From Anthoceros angustus (lineage: Eukaryota; Plantae; Anthocerotophyta), in assembly GCA_010909165.1 (NCBI GenBank), contig MU008200.1:372001-436000 (forward strand): a stretch of 64,000 nt of DNA, written 5' to 3'. The position numbers and the translations under genes were made by a program. Each line of letters begins with the position of its first letter. Within the stretch, counting starts at the first letter, position 1. Positions 47,404 through 59,900 of the stretch are shown in pieces. The notes under the pieces were generated by a model. That model searched no databases. It was not told where the DNA came from and saw only the letters and a list, made by a program, of their open reading frames with translations.

Positions 47404-48172
47404 TGTTGGACAGGGAGCCATTAAGGCTCACATAGGTGAATTGCTAGAATAGAATTTTACCCAAGATGCTTGGATGTCGAACTTAAAGTCGACAATAGGA
47501 TACACTAAAATAAGGAGTGAGGCGGTGCGGAGGGCGCGAGAGGCTGTATGTGAGGACCTCCCTATAAAAGGAGGGAGCTTGTGAAGTAAAATTATCGTGT
47601 CTTGCGCTCCCATCCTCCGAGTCCTTCACTTTGTGCGAATTTCGTGCCGCAAGCCAACGCATGTCTGGTAGAGAGGAGAACGCGGTCGGAGTCTTGGGCG
47701 GAGGGCTTGCTCTTTGCAGCGCCACCGCTCCCTTGTGAATGGTTCATGTGAATTGTTTTGCTTTGAGTGTGTGGCGATGCTCAAGGAACTCTCGGCTTGA
47801 GGGTAGACTGCAGGAAAGACTCCTGGAGGTTTCTCTGTCTGTACAAACCACATAGCAAAGGAAGAACTCGTTAATTTCGGACGGACCCCAGCGGTTGTGC
47901 CGTAAGGGCGAGTTGGAATTAATGAGCCAGCAATTGGTGTTAGAGTAGGAGATTGTGGAGGAAGGAAGGGTAGATGAGTAGAGAAGAAGAGGGCGTTGTT
48001 GATTGAGAGAGTTGTGAGGAGGATTAGAGTGTAGGAAAACTAAGGCCACAGCGAGCCTAAGGGACGAATCCCAAACTGCAAGTAAGGCGCTCCCGTGGTG
48101 GAGAAGAGGGAGTAGGGAGTTATTGGGTCGGGGTCCCTGGCGCCGTGATAGACACCTTTTTAAGACGTGACA
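47404..48172 (+). repeat. Athila-like LTR
   Basis: Copy of 29851-30646, ending ..AGACGTGACA. Confidence 0.75.
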
Positions 48173-48178
48173 CAATTG

Positions 48179-48193
48179 TGGTGTCGTTGTAGG
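48179..48193 (+). promoter_or_regulatory. Degenerate tRNA-Asp-type PBS
   Basis: TGGTGTCGTTGTAGG. Confidence 0.6.
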
Positions 48194-48354
48194 TTGAGGT
48201 TTGGTGAGTTTACAAGAAGCGATGCGTAGGCTGCTGAGAGGCGTGAGAGGGCGCCTTGTTTAGAAGGCTGAGGTAGTGTGTAGGCTGCAGTGATTGATTT
48301 CTCAAGATCCGTTCCAAGTCTCATGGGGAAAAACGCCAACGCACGGTGGGATAA

Positions 48355-50150
48355 GTGTGGCCGTTAGAGGGTGCATCTCGGGAGCCCCGGGATCTGCCTC
48401 CCACAGCCTGGGAGCGTAAGGATAGGCGTGCTCGTTCTATACTCATTGCTGCCTTAGATAGAAATGTGATGCCACACACCATAGATGCCAAAACCTCGGC
48501 AGATGTGTGGAAAGTTTTCCAGTCAATATATCAGGACAAGAGTTCGGCGTCCCTGGTGCATGCGCACAGAGACTTCTTCAACTTGAGGATGCGGGACAAT
48601 GAGCCTGTTGAGGCTTATATCAACTTCGTGCTAATCTTGCCTATTGTGATGCAGTCTTGTGAAGTTCAAGCGACTATAAGTATCTTGGCTTCACTTCCAA
48701 AGTTATCGCACTTTGTTGGCGGTCAGAATGCCACAATACATCTGCTGTTCAATACTACCCGACAGAAGGTAACACTCGAGGAGGTAATTGGCCCTTATAT
48801 CGAGGCGCTGAGTTTTCACAAACCTAAGGGCTCCACTTCCAACAACACAAGAGTATTGTTTACATCAAGAGGCCGAGGTGGCTTTTCGAGGTGAGGACGT
48901 GGTTCCTACTCGAACCCACTGGCGCGATGTAATCAACAAGAAGACTTTTGTGTGCAACGGTGTAAGATTCACAGCCATTATGAGCAGGGCATCGTGAAGA
49001 AGAAAGGAGGAGAGCCAGGCGATCATCCTCCGAGCAACGTCACCATCAGCAAGGCTAAGCCCACTATCCTGGCGGTTTGTTTGTCGTCACAAGTACAATC
49101 GACACATGGTTTCTCGATTCGAGCCACAAGTCATATTTGCTTTCACAGGCGTGCTTTTTCTTCTTTCACTCCTTCTGATGCCAAAGCAGTTTGTCTTATT
49201 AGGGGCGATAGTGGACTTTCTATCAAAGGTTCGAGGTTACATTATCATTTCCTTGCGACTCTTCAAACCTTACACTCACAAAGGTTCTCTATGTCCCTTC
49301 CATGACTAAGAACTTGATGTACATCTAAGTTGTCACGGGAACATTCTTTGAGTGTGTTTTGATCGGCAAGGGTGCTATGTTACAAGCTCAAGTTAGGGCA
49401 TCATCTTTTCTCGGGCTCACCTTCTCACGATGCCTCCGAGCGTCAAGGCGTGTTAGGTTCTACTCAATCGTTCATTCCACGGTACCTTCCACACAATTGT
49501 GGCAATCGTCTTGGACATGTCAATTTCCAACGCCTCGGTTCCCTTGTCAAAGGTGAGAGTTATCGTGAGCCCTTGAATTCCCTTTTGATAAGAGCATATA
49601 CTGAGTCCTGTCAATTGAGTAAGGCACATTCTTGCCTTTAAGGATATGGCCCTTAGCCGTCTTGATGGCTTGCTTGTGCATAGCGACATATGTGGCCCCA
49701 TGTCCACTAGCTCCTTTGAGACTATTTCTTGACCTTCATCGTGAGTGGAGGCGAGATATTGTGTAGTTTTCTTTCTCGACACAAGAGTGAAGCTTTTGGC
49801 TTCAAGTCTTATGTTCGCTATGCTCAACGCCGGACTTCTGTAAGGTCACGAATTTTGCAAAGCACAATGGCGGTGAGTCAACCGATCACGCATTCGCATG
49901 TTACATGTAGAAGGAATCCTTCATCGATTGACAATTCCTTACACTCCAGGAGAATGCTTTTCTCGAACGCAAAAGCGAACTCTCTGAGGCCACTTTGGCT
50001 TCTCTTTCTTCTTGGACTCACCCGTGGTATTGGCGAGAAGTTTTGATGGTCAACTATGTACGAATCGGCTGCCAACAAGGAGCTTGGCTCCATGACCCTT
50101 TGAAAGATGGACGGGCAAGTAGCCCCGAGTTCGACACCTCACAATTTTCG
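48355..50150 (+). pseudogene. Copia-A gag-protease-integrase, truncated
   Basis: ORF 48355..48894 WPLEGASREP..AWERKDRRARSILIAALDRNVMPHTIDAKTSADVWK; duplicate of 30830-32590. Confidence 0.88.
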
Positions 50151-50955
50151 GTGATGGACCGCAGAAGATGCGGAGATGGAAGGTAGGATAGATCCTACCA
50201 TGGCAGGAATCCCGCCTACGAGGATAGGAGGTGTTCCCACAGGGGTTTGGGACCCCTTTCGTCCTCTCATGACAAGGCCTACAGTGGCAGGAATTAGTTC
50301 TACCACGGTAGGAAGTAGTCCTACGGTGGTAGAAGCACCTCCTACCACGGTAGGAGGGAAAGGAAGTCACGGTTTGGAAGCTCCCAAGCGGGAGATAAGG
50401 AGACAACCGGCCCCAGATTGGGTGGGCGGCGGATGGAGTCACGGTGGGAGGGTTGCCCCCAAGTGATGAGCGGGAGCTCATCATAGGGAAGCAAGGGATG
50501 TAAGATCCCATGAGCAAGGCAAAGGCCTTGAGTCTCCGGGAGGTAGAAAGGAGACTTAGACATGTTGGAAGAGATGCTGCGCATAGGGGAGATGTTCAGC
50601 AAGGTTGACATAGGAGCCGCCAAGAGGAGAGTTGAATTCTTGAGACGGAGGCGGAAAAGACAAGGACCTACCAAGCAAGGGAAATTGCAAGTAGGCGGCG
50701 GAAACTTCAGTGGCAGGAGGATGTTGGGACCTCATGATGATGATAGGGAGGCCCTCATGCAAGTCCAATCGGAAGCCTTAGACTTGGAGAGTGTCCCAAG
50801 CAACATGGGTGAAGGAACTTGCACTGGAGGCGAGTGAGCGGAGAAGCTTCACGAGGGAGGGGTGAGGAGAAGAAATGACCCGGTGAACACCTACCATGGT
50901 AGGAGGAGTTCCTCGTGGTAGGAGGACTCCTACCGTGGTCGGAGAACCTAGTAGG
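50151..50955 (+). pseudogene. Internally deleted ORF X segment (duplicate)
   Basis: Same deletion joint GGAGGATGTT|GGGACC at ~50725 as at ~33152. Confidence 0.7.
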
Positions 50956-50979
50956 GTGTGTTGACTAGCTAGATGGGAA

Positions 50980-51768
50980 TGTTGGAGCCATTAAGGCTCA
51001 CATAGGTGAAGTTGCTAGAATAGAATTTTACCCAAGATGCTTGGATGTCGAACTTAAAGTCGACAATAGGATACACTAAAATAAGGAGTGAGGCGTGCCG
51101 GAGGGCGCGCCGAGAGGCTGTATGTGAGGACCTCCCTATAAAAGGAGGAGCTTGTGAGTAAAATTATCGTGTCTTGCGCTCCCATCCTCCGAGTCCTTCG
51201 CTTTGTGTGCGAATTTCGTGCGGCAAGCCAGCAGTCTGGTAGAGGGAGGGGCCGGAGTGTCTTTGGGTGGAGGGCTTGCTCTTTGCGCCCTGGCTGCTCC
51301 CTTGTGAATGGTTGTTGTGTGAATTGTTTTGCTTTGAGTGTGTGGCGATGCTCAAGGAACTCTCGGTAGGCTGAGGAAAGACTCCACGGAGGTTCTCATG
51401 TTTGGTACAAACCACATAGCAACCGGCCCAAGGAAGAACTCGTTAATTTCCGGACGGACCCCAGGCAATTGTGCCGTAAGGGCGAGTTGGAATTAATGAG
51501 CCAGCAAGTTATCGGTGTTAGAGTAGGAGATTGTGGAGGAAGGAAGGTTTGATGAGTAGAGGCGTCGTTGATTGAGGGAGTTGTGAGGAGGATTAGAGTG
51601 TAGGAAAGCGGAAGGCCACGGGCGAGCCTAAGGGGGCGAATCCCAAATCTGCAGTAAGGCGCTCCAGCCCCGTGGAGGAGAGTGGTCTTAGGAGTAGGGA
51701 CGAAATTGTGGTGTGGGTCAGGGGGTCCCCGGCGCCGTGATAGGCAGCCTTGTTGTTAAGACGTGACA
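50980..51768 (+). repeat. Athila-like LTR, followed by a degraded PBS and the Copia-A gag start
   Basis: Copy of 33414-34198. Confidence 0.75.
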
Positions 51769-54700
51769 CAATGGGTGGTATGTTGTAGGTTGAGGCTTGG
51801 TGAATTTAAGAAGCGATCTGGTGTGTAAGCTGTAGAGGGGCGTGAGGCGCCTTGCTTGTTTAGAAGGTTGAGGTAGTGTGTAGGCTGCGGGTAGTGTGAT
51901 TTCTCAAGATTCTGTTCCACAAGTCTCATGGGACAAAAACCCATTTAAAGCAGCAGTGGGATAAGTGTGGCCGCTAGAGGGTGCATCTCGGAAGCCCCGG
52001 GATCTGCCTCCACAACAACCTCGGACTCAAGTCTATCATGACTTCAACAGGATCACCATGATTAGAGCAGATGGTATAGATGGGGCGGACATGGTGGGAA
52101 TTTCATTTCGTTCAGTAAGGACCTCCCGCATCCGATTTAGCTCCCACTATTTGTGTGGTTTGAGAAGTGCTAGACTAGCCACGACATTGTAACACATGTA
52201 TGCAGTGTCGAGAGGATATGCGAGTCGCATGGACTGGAGCCACATGGACAGCAATGATGACACAGAGTCTGAAGAAGAGCTTAGGCAGAAACATAAATAG
52301 CAACCTACCTACCCATCAAGCTCCAACGAGGATGATAGCGACTAGCCCTCTAGGAACAGACTATGCTTTCATATGCTGAACTTATCCTTCTCATAACTGA
52401 CTGCTGGACATGGGTATGTGACCAGACTCTAAGACTCCAAGTGACTCCTTGAACCGGAAATGTTTTGCTCTGGCTAAGGACTTGGTGAGAATATCTGCTA
52501 CATTTGCATCTGGGATATATTCAAGCTTGATCGACTGAGCGTGGCGTCCGATAAAATGATGATGCACCTCGATATGTTTGGTCCTCGCATGAAAATTATG
52601 TGTCAATGCCGGGCGATTATCGCAGATAGTTGTGGGTTCACGTTGAGCTTGGCCCACATCTTCAAGTAGCCTCCTTAGCCAAATTGCTTCCTTGGCTGCT
52701 TTAGTTAATGCTGAATATTCAGCCTGACGACAATGACACGATGGATTGTTTCTTCGAGGACCAAGTAAGCACCGGCTAACAAGAAGGCGTGGTGACACAT
52801 ACTTCAGTATCGGGATCTGCTGCCCAGCATCGCAATACCCTATCAAGGTGAGCATGTCCTCATCACGTGATGATCTAGAGTAGTGGATTCCATGATTGCT
52901 AGTGCCCTTCAAATACCTAAGGATACGCTTGACCAATGTGGCTACTAGGATCCTTGAACTGCGAAACTATACTTACAAAAGAAACATCAGCCTGGTATGG
53001 TTCGAACAAAGATTAGAGAACCTACGCCTGCATAGGGAACTAAGGACATCTCATCACGCCTGCATCGATGTGGGGATTGGGACTTGCTCAACTTACAACC
53101 CGCTTCTAAAGGAGTAAGAGCTAGCTTAGCTTAGTCTAGCTTATACTTATCTGACATATCATAGATATATTTCTCCGGTGAATCACTAATGTGCCGCGTC
53201 ATCCCAGGAGTTGAGTTCCAAGACAATAAGTAAGCTCACCAATGTCCACCATATCAAACGACCGAGATAAGAGAGTCTTAACCTTCTTTATGCCGCAAGA
53301 TCGGTTCCCATAAGTATACATCGTCGACATATAAGGCCGAATAACATAGCCTGTCTCCTGCAGTAAACATTGGTGTCTGCCAGGCTTTTGTGAAGCCAAA
53401 CTCGAGAAACTCATCTATGTAAATACCAAGCTCTAGGCTTTGTTTTAGCCCGTATATGGTCTTGAGCAGCTTAAAACATGGTCTTCTTTTCCTTTAGCTC
53501 AAACCCTTGATGCACATATAAATCTCTTCCTCGACCATGGAGAAAGGTAGTCTTGACATCCATTTGATGGATGAATAGCTTGAAGAAGGCGACATAGCAA
53601 AGGACCCTAAGTGGACTTGACAGAGGGAAAAGGTGTCATGGTAATCCAGCCAGACACGAGAAAACCACGAGCTACTAACCTAGCCTTGTACCGGAAATGC
53701 TGCCATCGCCTTGTATTTCAACTTAAAGACCCATTTAGAGGTGACAATTTTCCTCCCGGAGGCGGGCGAACTTCCAGTATGGTTTTGTATCGGCTATCGT
53801 ATTCGAGACTTAATGGCTTGCTCCCACGGCCTAGACTAACGAGCATCTTTGTAGGTCGAGGTTCCGTGGTTGATGGTAAGGTTGACCACATCGACAACAT
53901 CAACGACTCTCATCACCGAGAACCATGAGGGCGAGGGACCTTTAATCCTCACTACGATAAGGAGGCTCATGCCCGAGAGGGAGGGCGATGAGGGCAACCA
54001 CACTCGTAAGGAGGAGGAGGCGAGGAACGGGATTAGAAACTCAGCGTTCAGCAATATCAGCCTCCTCATATGGAGGAACAAAGCCGAACAGGAGGACGCG
54101 ACGGGGCATCAGTAATCAACATCGGAATCGGTAGGCGGGAATCTAGCACGAGGCAGCCCTACTAGAGCAACCCCACCGGAGAAAGTAGGATAAGGTTGTC
54201 CGAACATCCTGGAAAAGAGGCATCAAAGCTGTGGAAAAGCGTGTCCAACTCATGGTCGAGTCATGATCACAAAATGTCCAGCAAAGGATGAAACTGAGAA
54301 TCATCCAAAGAAGGAGCACGAGTGATCTCTCATCAAAGACCCGCGCATGGAGTACCTTATGAGAGATAGGATCAAACAATTTGTACCCATGGATGCCAGT
54401 GTGGCCGATAAAATATACGCTTTGATTTGTAAGAGAACTTGGCCGATTTATCCGGAATATGTGCATAGGCAATGCTCCCAAAACTCGAAGATGTGATAAA
54501 TCGGGCTTGACCCGTCCAAGCCTCAAAGGTGTCTGCCATGAAGGGATGAGACAAATAATCCTTACGAAGATATGTGGCAACTTGAACTGCTTCACCCCAA
54601 ATCGTCGAGCAACCTCCACGAAACATAAGGGACACGCATCCAATGATGCGGCGTTCAGCCCATTCATGTCGGAATGATAAGGTATAGTGAGTTGTCTTAT

Positions 54701-57061
54701 GATTCCTCTTTCTTCGCAAAATCTTGAAAGGCAGGTGACAAATACTCTTTGGCATTGTCGGATCGAGGCATTTCAACTTATGCCCGATCGGCGTTACATA
54801 AGCCGATACTTCTTAAAGCTACCTCACTCTTATCTTTGAAGGAGGGATGTAACAGTGAAGTGAGTCCTGTCATCCTCAAATACCACAAAATATTGAGCCT
54901 CCCGGGATGGAGTAGACATAGGGCCATAGATATACATGTGGATTAGATCCGGAGGTTACGTAACCTTGCGAGGTTTACCACTCCCAAAGTGGGATTTAAA
55001 CTTGCCATGGATACAAGCTACACAACTCGGATCGGTAACTCCGATTCCACAAATCCGATTACCATCGTCTCTTTGAGAAAGGCGTCTCATGGCTGTATAT
55101 TAGGATGACCAAGCACGCAATGCCATAGATAAAAATACTAACGAGCCTTTGCATCGACAACATGGGCTGCGAGGCGGGAACATCAATAAAGAAATGCAAA
55201 TAGAGATCATACAAGGCGACCACGAGCTAGAGTGGATGGAGGCGAGAGAGAAATGGTACACTCTATGCCCTCAAATGTGATTACAGCAACCTGTTTTCCC
55301 AAGGCCATTGTACTAACTAAATTCTTAGTCGAGAGGAACATGAAGAGTATTTTCTAACTCAAAGGTGTACCATTGCGGGGTAACAGTATTCCAAACCCTC
55401 TAATTGGCAAAGGCGGTTATCACCTAAGACAACGGCATGGTCATGACCAGTGGAGTTGGTTGATAGGAAATGAAGGCCTTCCTCATAGAACACATGTGAT
55501 TGGATGCACCACTGTCAAGAAACCAGTGACAAGAATCACGTGAGGAAGATGCAAGACACATTACCGGAGACTGGAGTGGGCCTGGCAACATGTGTCTCGG
55601 ATGAGTGTTTTCCTTTGCATCATCAGCCTTCTTCTTCTTACAATCCTTAACCCAATGGTTAGGTTTGCCACAATAATTACACACACTGGTTTCTTTGTGG
55701 AGTTAGGATCGGTGATGAAGAGGCGCTTGCCCTCTTCTGACACCTCCACGGACGTCCTCCCCTGCACGACCTCGCCTCGCCCTCTCCAAGCGAAGGCGGT
55801 GTCTCCTTTATTTTGAGGCAGAACCCGGCTTGTGCTTCTGGCTTGCTGAAGCAATGCACCACCAACTACTGCGTCGGGTTGGATGTAGTGTTGTAGGTCA
55901 TGGGACTTTGATGGCAATGGCTTTTAGCTAAACCATAACTTGGCGGCGGTGAGGTGAGGAGTTGAATTGCCCTCTTGAGCACAAAAACTCCACAAGATGC
56001 CCGGCTCAGCTCCCACGAAACCTCGAGACATGGCTCTCAGCAGAATTTGTCTCCTTCATGCGGAGTGTCACGGAAATGTAAGGTTGCAACTTCCGTCATC
56101 ATATCCTTAGATTCATAAGTGTCACCTAACAATGTCCATGCTTCATTTGATGTACTTGTCGACGATGTGAGGAATCATGTCTTGGGACCAGACACAAGGA
56201 TTGAGTGTGCCTTCACTCCGCCACTCCTCTGCTTTCTTTGTCGGATGGTACCGATCCTCCTCGGTGTTCTTGCCACGGTTGACCGGCAATTCTGCGTTGG
56301 TGCCATCAACCACATCCATGAGTGACTTCTCTTCAAGGATACAGCGATAACTCGATTGTCATAATTGGAAGGAGTCGCGATCCTTCTCCACAGGTCGTGG
56401 ACCCATCGACCATGTTCCGACCATTCTTGGAAATCAAGGTGAGTATTGTGGGCAGGGACATCGGACCAGTCCGAATCTCTCTAATTTCCTTGGTATGTCT
56501 CTTGACCTCTAGCTCTTGAAAGCGGATGAAATTTTCCCAACTCTCGGTTTTCTCTAGCCTATCAAGTCTGACAATGGCGTTGTCTATCTTGCTGGACAGT
56601 TCAACCAACCTGGCATTCTGGCTATTGAAGGCAAAGCGAAAACAAGTATGAACTGTGGTGGAATGACCTACTGCTGCTCCTCTTGAACAGGAACTAGTAA
56701 CAATTTTTCCGTCCTGTTGAAGTTACTTGATGCAGGTGGAGACTCAGGCTGATAGAACTATGGAGGGAAGGAATCAATGCATTGTTGTAAAAAGCAAACC
56801 CTCTCAACTTGCTTGACTTGTGGAATCTTCTGCTTGAAGTAGAGGCGCTCAAAAGCCTCACAAATCCACGTCCTCGGGTAGCTTGAGTCTTCACCTTATC
56901 ACGCTTGCCACTCGGGTTGTCCACAAATGAATGCAAAATTCCTTGCGAGCATCCTGCTGGCCTCATTGCCGTCCGGTCTTTAAAAGAAATCGTCTGCCCA
57001 TTGGTTCCATTTTAAGATTGAGGAAAATGGAAGCGAGCGATGGCGAGGATCACGGATCATC

Positions 57062-57072
57062 GCTCGATACCA
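57062..57072 (-). promoter_or_regulatory. Copia-C PBS (tRNA-iMet type)
   Basis: TGGTATCGAGC immediately after the LTR end ..TTTTCA. Confidence 0.8.
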
Positions 57073-57271
57073 TGAAAATGTTCGTGGATCACGAGACATG
57101 CAAAGCTAACACACATGAACAAGCATACATTGATAATGTTGGAAAGAAAAAAATAGGAGTAACCCGTAAAGCGGTTACAACCATTCATAAGTCCTCTTAA
57201 TTAAACTAAACTAAACAACCTACTTGGTATAACGTAATGTACAGTATATGTTAAACCATACAATTCTAACA
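57073..57271 (-). repeat. Copia-C 5' LTR (199 bp, TG...CA)
   Basis: TGTTAGAATTG...CATTTTCA; the right flank is the interior of an Athila-like LTR. Confidence 0.8.
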
Positions 57272-57952
57272 GGATTCGTCCCTTAGGCTCTGCTTGTGGC
57301 CTTCCACTATTACCTACACTCTAATCCTCTACTCATCATCCACTCATCATCTTCCTCAACGCTCAACTCATCTCCTCATCCTCCTCCCAATCTAACCTCA
57401 ATTCGGGCTCCACGCTTGCCCTTACGGCTGGCCCCGCACGGGTCCGCCTACACATCGCAAGTTACTTGGGCGGTTGCTATGAGTTTGACACTGACGGTAG
57501 AACCTCGGGAGTCTTTCCTGTAGTCTACCCTCAAGCCGAGTTCCTTGGGCATCACCACACACCCAAAGCAAAGCAATTTCTGACAACCATTCACAGGGGA
57601 GCAACTCGTGAGGGCTCGCGGAAGCAAGCCCTCTACCAAGCACTCGACCACGCCTTCCTCTCTACGGGCCTTCGTTGGCTCGCGGCGGCACAAAATTCCT
57701 TTACAAAGGGCAAAGGACTCGCGAGTATGGGCGCAAGGCGTGATACTTTACTTTGTGAAATCCTCCTCTCCTCTTAGGAGGACCTCCACATATAACCTCC
57801 CTTGGGTGTACTGCTGAGCCACCTTTCCCAATATTTTATTATTTCCTACACTTGATATTTAAGTCACGACATCTAAGTCTCTTATGCGATCCTAGGTAAA
57901 TTTTATTCTAGCAATTTCACCTATGGCCACTCTTAAATAATGTCAGTCTACA
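57272..57952 (-). repeat. Athila-like LTR, subfamily 2, cut by the Copia-C insertion
   Basis: Diverged homolog of 10145-10815 (GGATTCGTCCCTTAGG.., CTACCCTCAAGCCGAG, CTAGCAATTTCACCTATG). Starts TGTAGAC after purine tract GGGGAATGGGAAGGATAGATGG. Confidence 0.7.
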
Positions 57953-57999
57953 CCATCTATCCTTCCCATTCCCCAAAGCACAGTTATGGTCATTGACCA

Positions 58000-59900
58000 A
58001 TTCCAGTCCTTATCTTGCTGGGGCGGCGATGCGTCTCCTGCTGATTGGCTCCCTCGCCCTCTTTTTGCTCCTGTCCCTCCCGACCATCTTCTTCACGACT
58101 TGCGGGCAAGTACCTTTTGCCCTTCTTCACCTTTCCATGACCGCCACGATCCTTGGCACCCGACAGGCAATTGCGCCTCTCCCTTGTTCACAATCGGCCC
58201 CACTTCCAGCTCCCTCTGGAGGCCGTGCTCCTTCAAAAGGCACCCTACCGCGGTAGTCTGGTAGCCTACCGGGGTAGGTCGACCACCTACCATGGTAGGT
58301 TGGTCCCTTTCCCTTGCCCTCTCCTTCTTCCTTCTCATCGGTGAAGACTCCCTCGGTTAAGATCCTCTTGGCTCCTTTGCCTGCTGTTCGATTTGTCCAT
58401 ACCTATCATGGAGCATTTCTTCCAAGGATCCTTCCCCCATTCGCTGACCGATGATGCTCTCCTCACTGATTTCTCCGCGCCTTCTTCGTATTGGATTCCT
58501 CTCCAGGTCCCGGTTCTTCTCTTATCCATGGGGTGAGGAAATTTCTCACCCCTTCCCCTTCCTCGACGGTCGGACCCCGTCCTTGGTCTCCTCCGGTGGG
58601 GCTGCTCCCTCCTCTGGACCTACACCCGTAGGTCCTTATCCTAGCAGTGGGCGGCAACCCTCTGGGCGTAGGGTGGTCACCTACCGTGGTAGGCTGACCT
58701 CCTGCAAGGGTAGGCTGACCTCCTACCTTGCTTTCGACGCCATCTCCTTCCTTCGGCACCGTGGGATCTCCTTCGTCCCCTGTTTCTTCGGACTCCTCGG
58801 AGTCCATGTCACTTGTGGCCTCATCAAAATCCGAGGCCTCCGGCTGCACCTGTAGCAGCACTTCCCGATCATCGTCATGAGGACCTAGAGTCCTCCTCTT
58901 GGCAAGGCGCAACACCTCATTATTGGCCTTCAATATCCTATTATGGAGATGGGCTCCCAAGCTGTGGTATTGCATCTGAAGGTCGTCAAGCTTGCTGGGC
59001 CATTCTCCATCTTGACACCTACCCTTGTAGGCGTCCCTTGCCATTGTCAATTCGCCTACCTTCACATGGAGGGGTAACATTCTCCTCCCTAGCTTCCTTG
59101 AGCTGGCTGGTTAGTTTCGATTGAAGGGCATAATCCGCCCAAAACCGTCTCTTCATAACTACCAGCATCCTGTGCACCATCTTCTTGTGGTGCTCTTCCT
59201 CCTGTAACCTCCTTTGTTCCAGCTTGACCATTTGCTTGGCAAGTCTCTCCCTCTCCTCCTGCCAAGCAACCTTCTCGCGTTCCAGCTCTTGCACTTGGAG
59301 GTCTTGAGTGGTTAATTCTGTGCGTTTCTCCTCCAAACTAAACCGGGTTCTTTGCAATTCTTCCTCCATGTCCCGGATCTCCTGGGCCTTGTTTGCTCGG
59401 ACCTCCTCTTGACATGCTAAGAGGGAGGCTGCCATTTCTCTTGCTCTCTTCAAATCTACTTGGCTAAGTGTCTCACAGACACTTAGCAAATCTCAGAGGC
59501 TGGTCAGCCCCGTGGGTCTTTCTTGAAATTTTGCACCCTCTTCCCTCGGGTGTCAGTGAGCCCCCTTAGCAGCCGCCCCATCCCTCTTCCTCACAGTGCG
59601 GGTGATGGCGGCCTGGGCGGACCCTCGGCCTCGCGTTGACCCTCCTTTCTCTTCCTCCCGCCCGTGGGTGCTTCCCCTAGGCGTGTCACCTACCGCGATA
59701 GGTTGAGTCCCTACTGTCGTGGTGCTTGCCTACCGCAGTGGGTTCTACCTCACAGGGTGGGTTGTGAGCCTCCTTGGCACCCATGGGATGGTGGAATTCC
59801 TCCCACTTGGCTCCCTCCTTCGTGCGGCTGCCTCCCCCTAGTGGGCTGCTTGCCCCCTCGCGGTGGTTGGCTACTCTTGGGGTAGGTTGCAGTGCCTCCC
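58000..59900 (-). pseudogene. ORF X C-terminal half, subfamily 2
   Basis: ORFs 59019..59489 (LSVCETLSQVDLKRARE..coiled coil) and 58463..59080 (HLHNRILKANNEVLRLAK..GPHDDDREVLLQVQPEA) align by eye with subfamily 1 (AHLHNKVLKATNELLRL..GPHDDDREALMQVQ). Confidence 0.68.

Larger units (their letters stand above)
39191..56500. repeat. Unit 2 of the ~17.5-kb tandem duplication
   Basis: Begins CCTCGTGATTTGCTC as at ~21313; ends ATGTCTCTT at ~56503 where Copia-C continues into its own 5' leader. Confidence 0.88.
52013..57271 (-). mobile_element. Copia-C with 5' LTR and PBS, 3' LTR missing
   Basis: Colinear with 34441-39190; zinc knuckle CNYCGKPNHWVKDC, WFLDSGASNHMC; continues to PBS and LTR. Confidence 0.92.
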
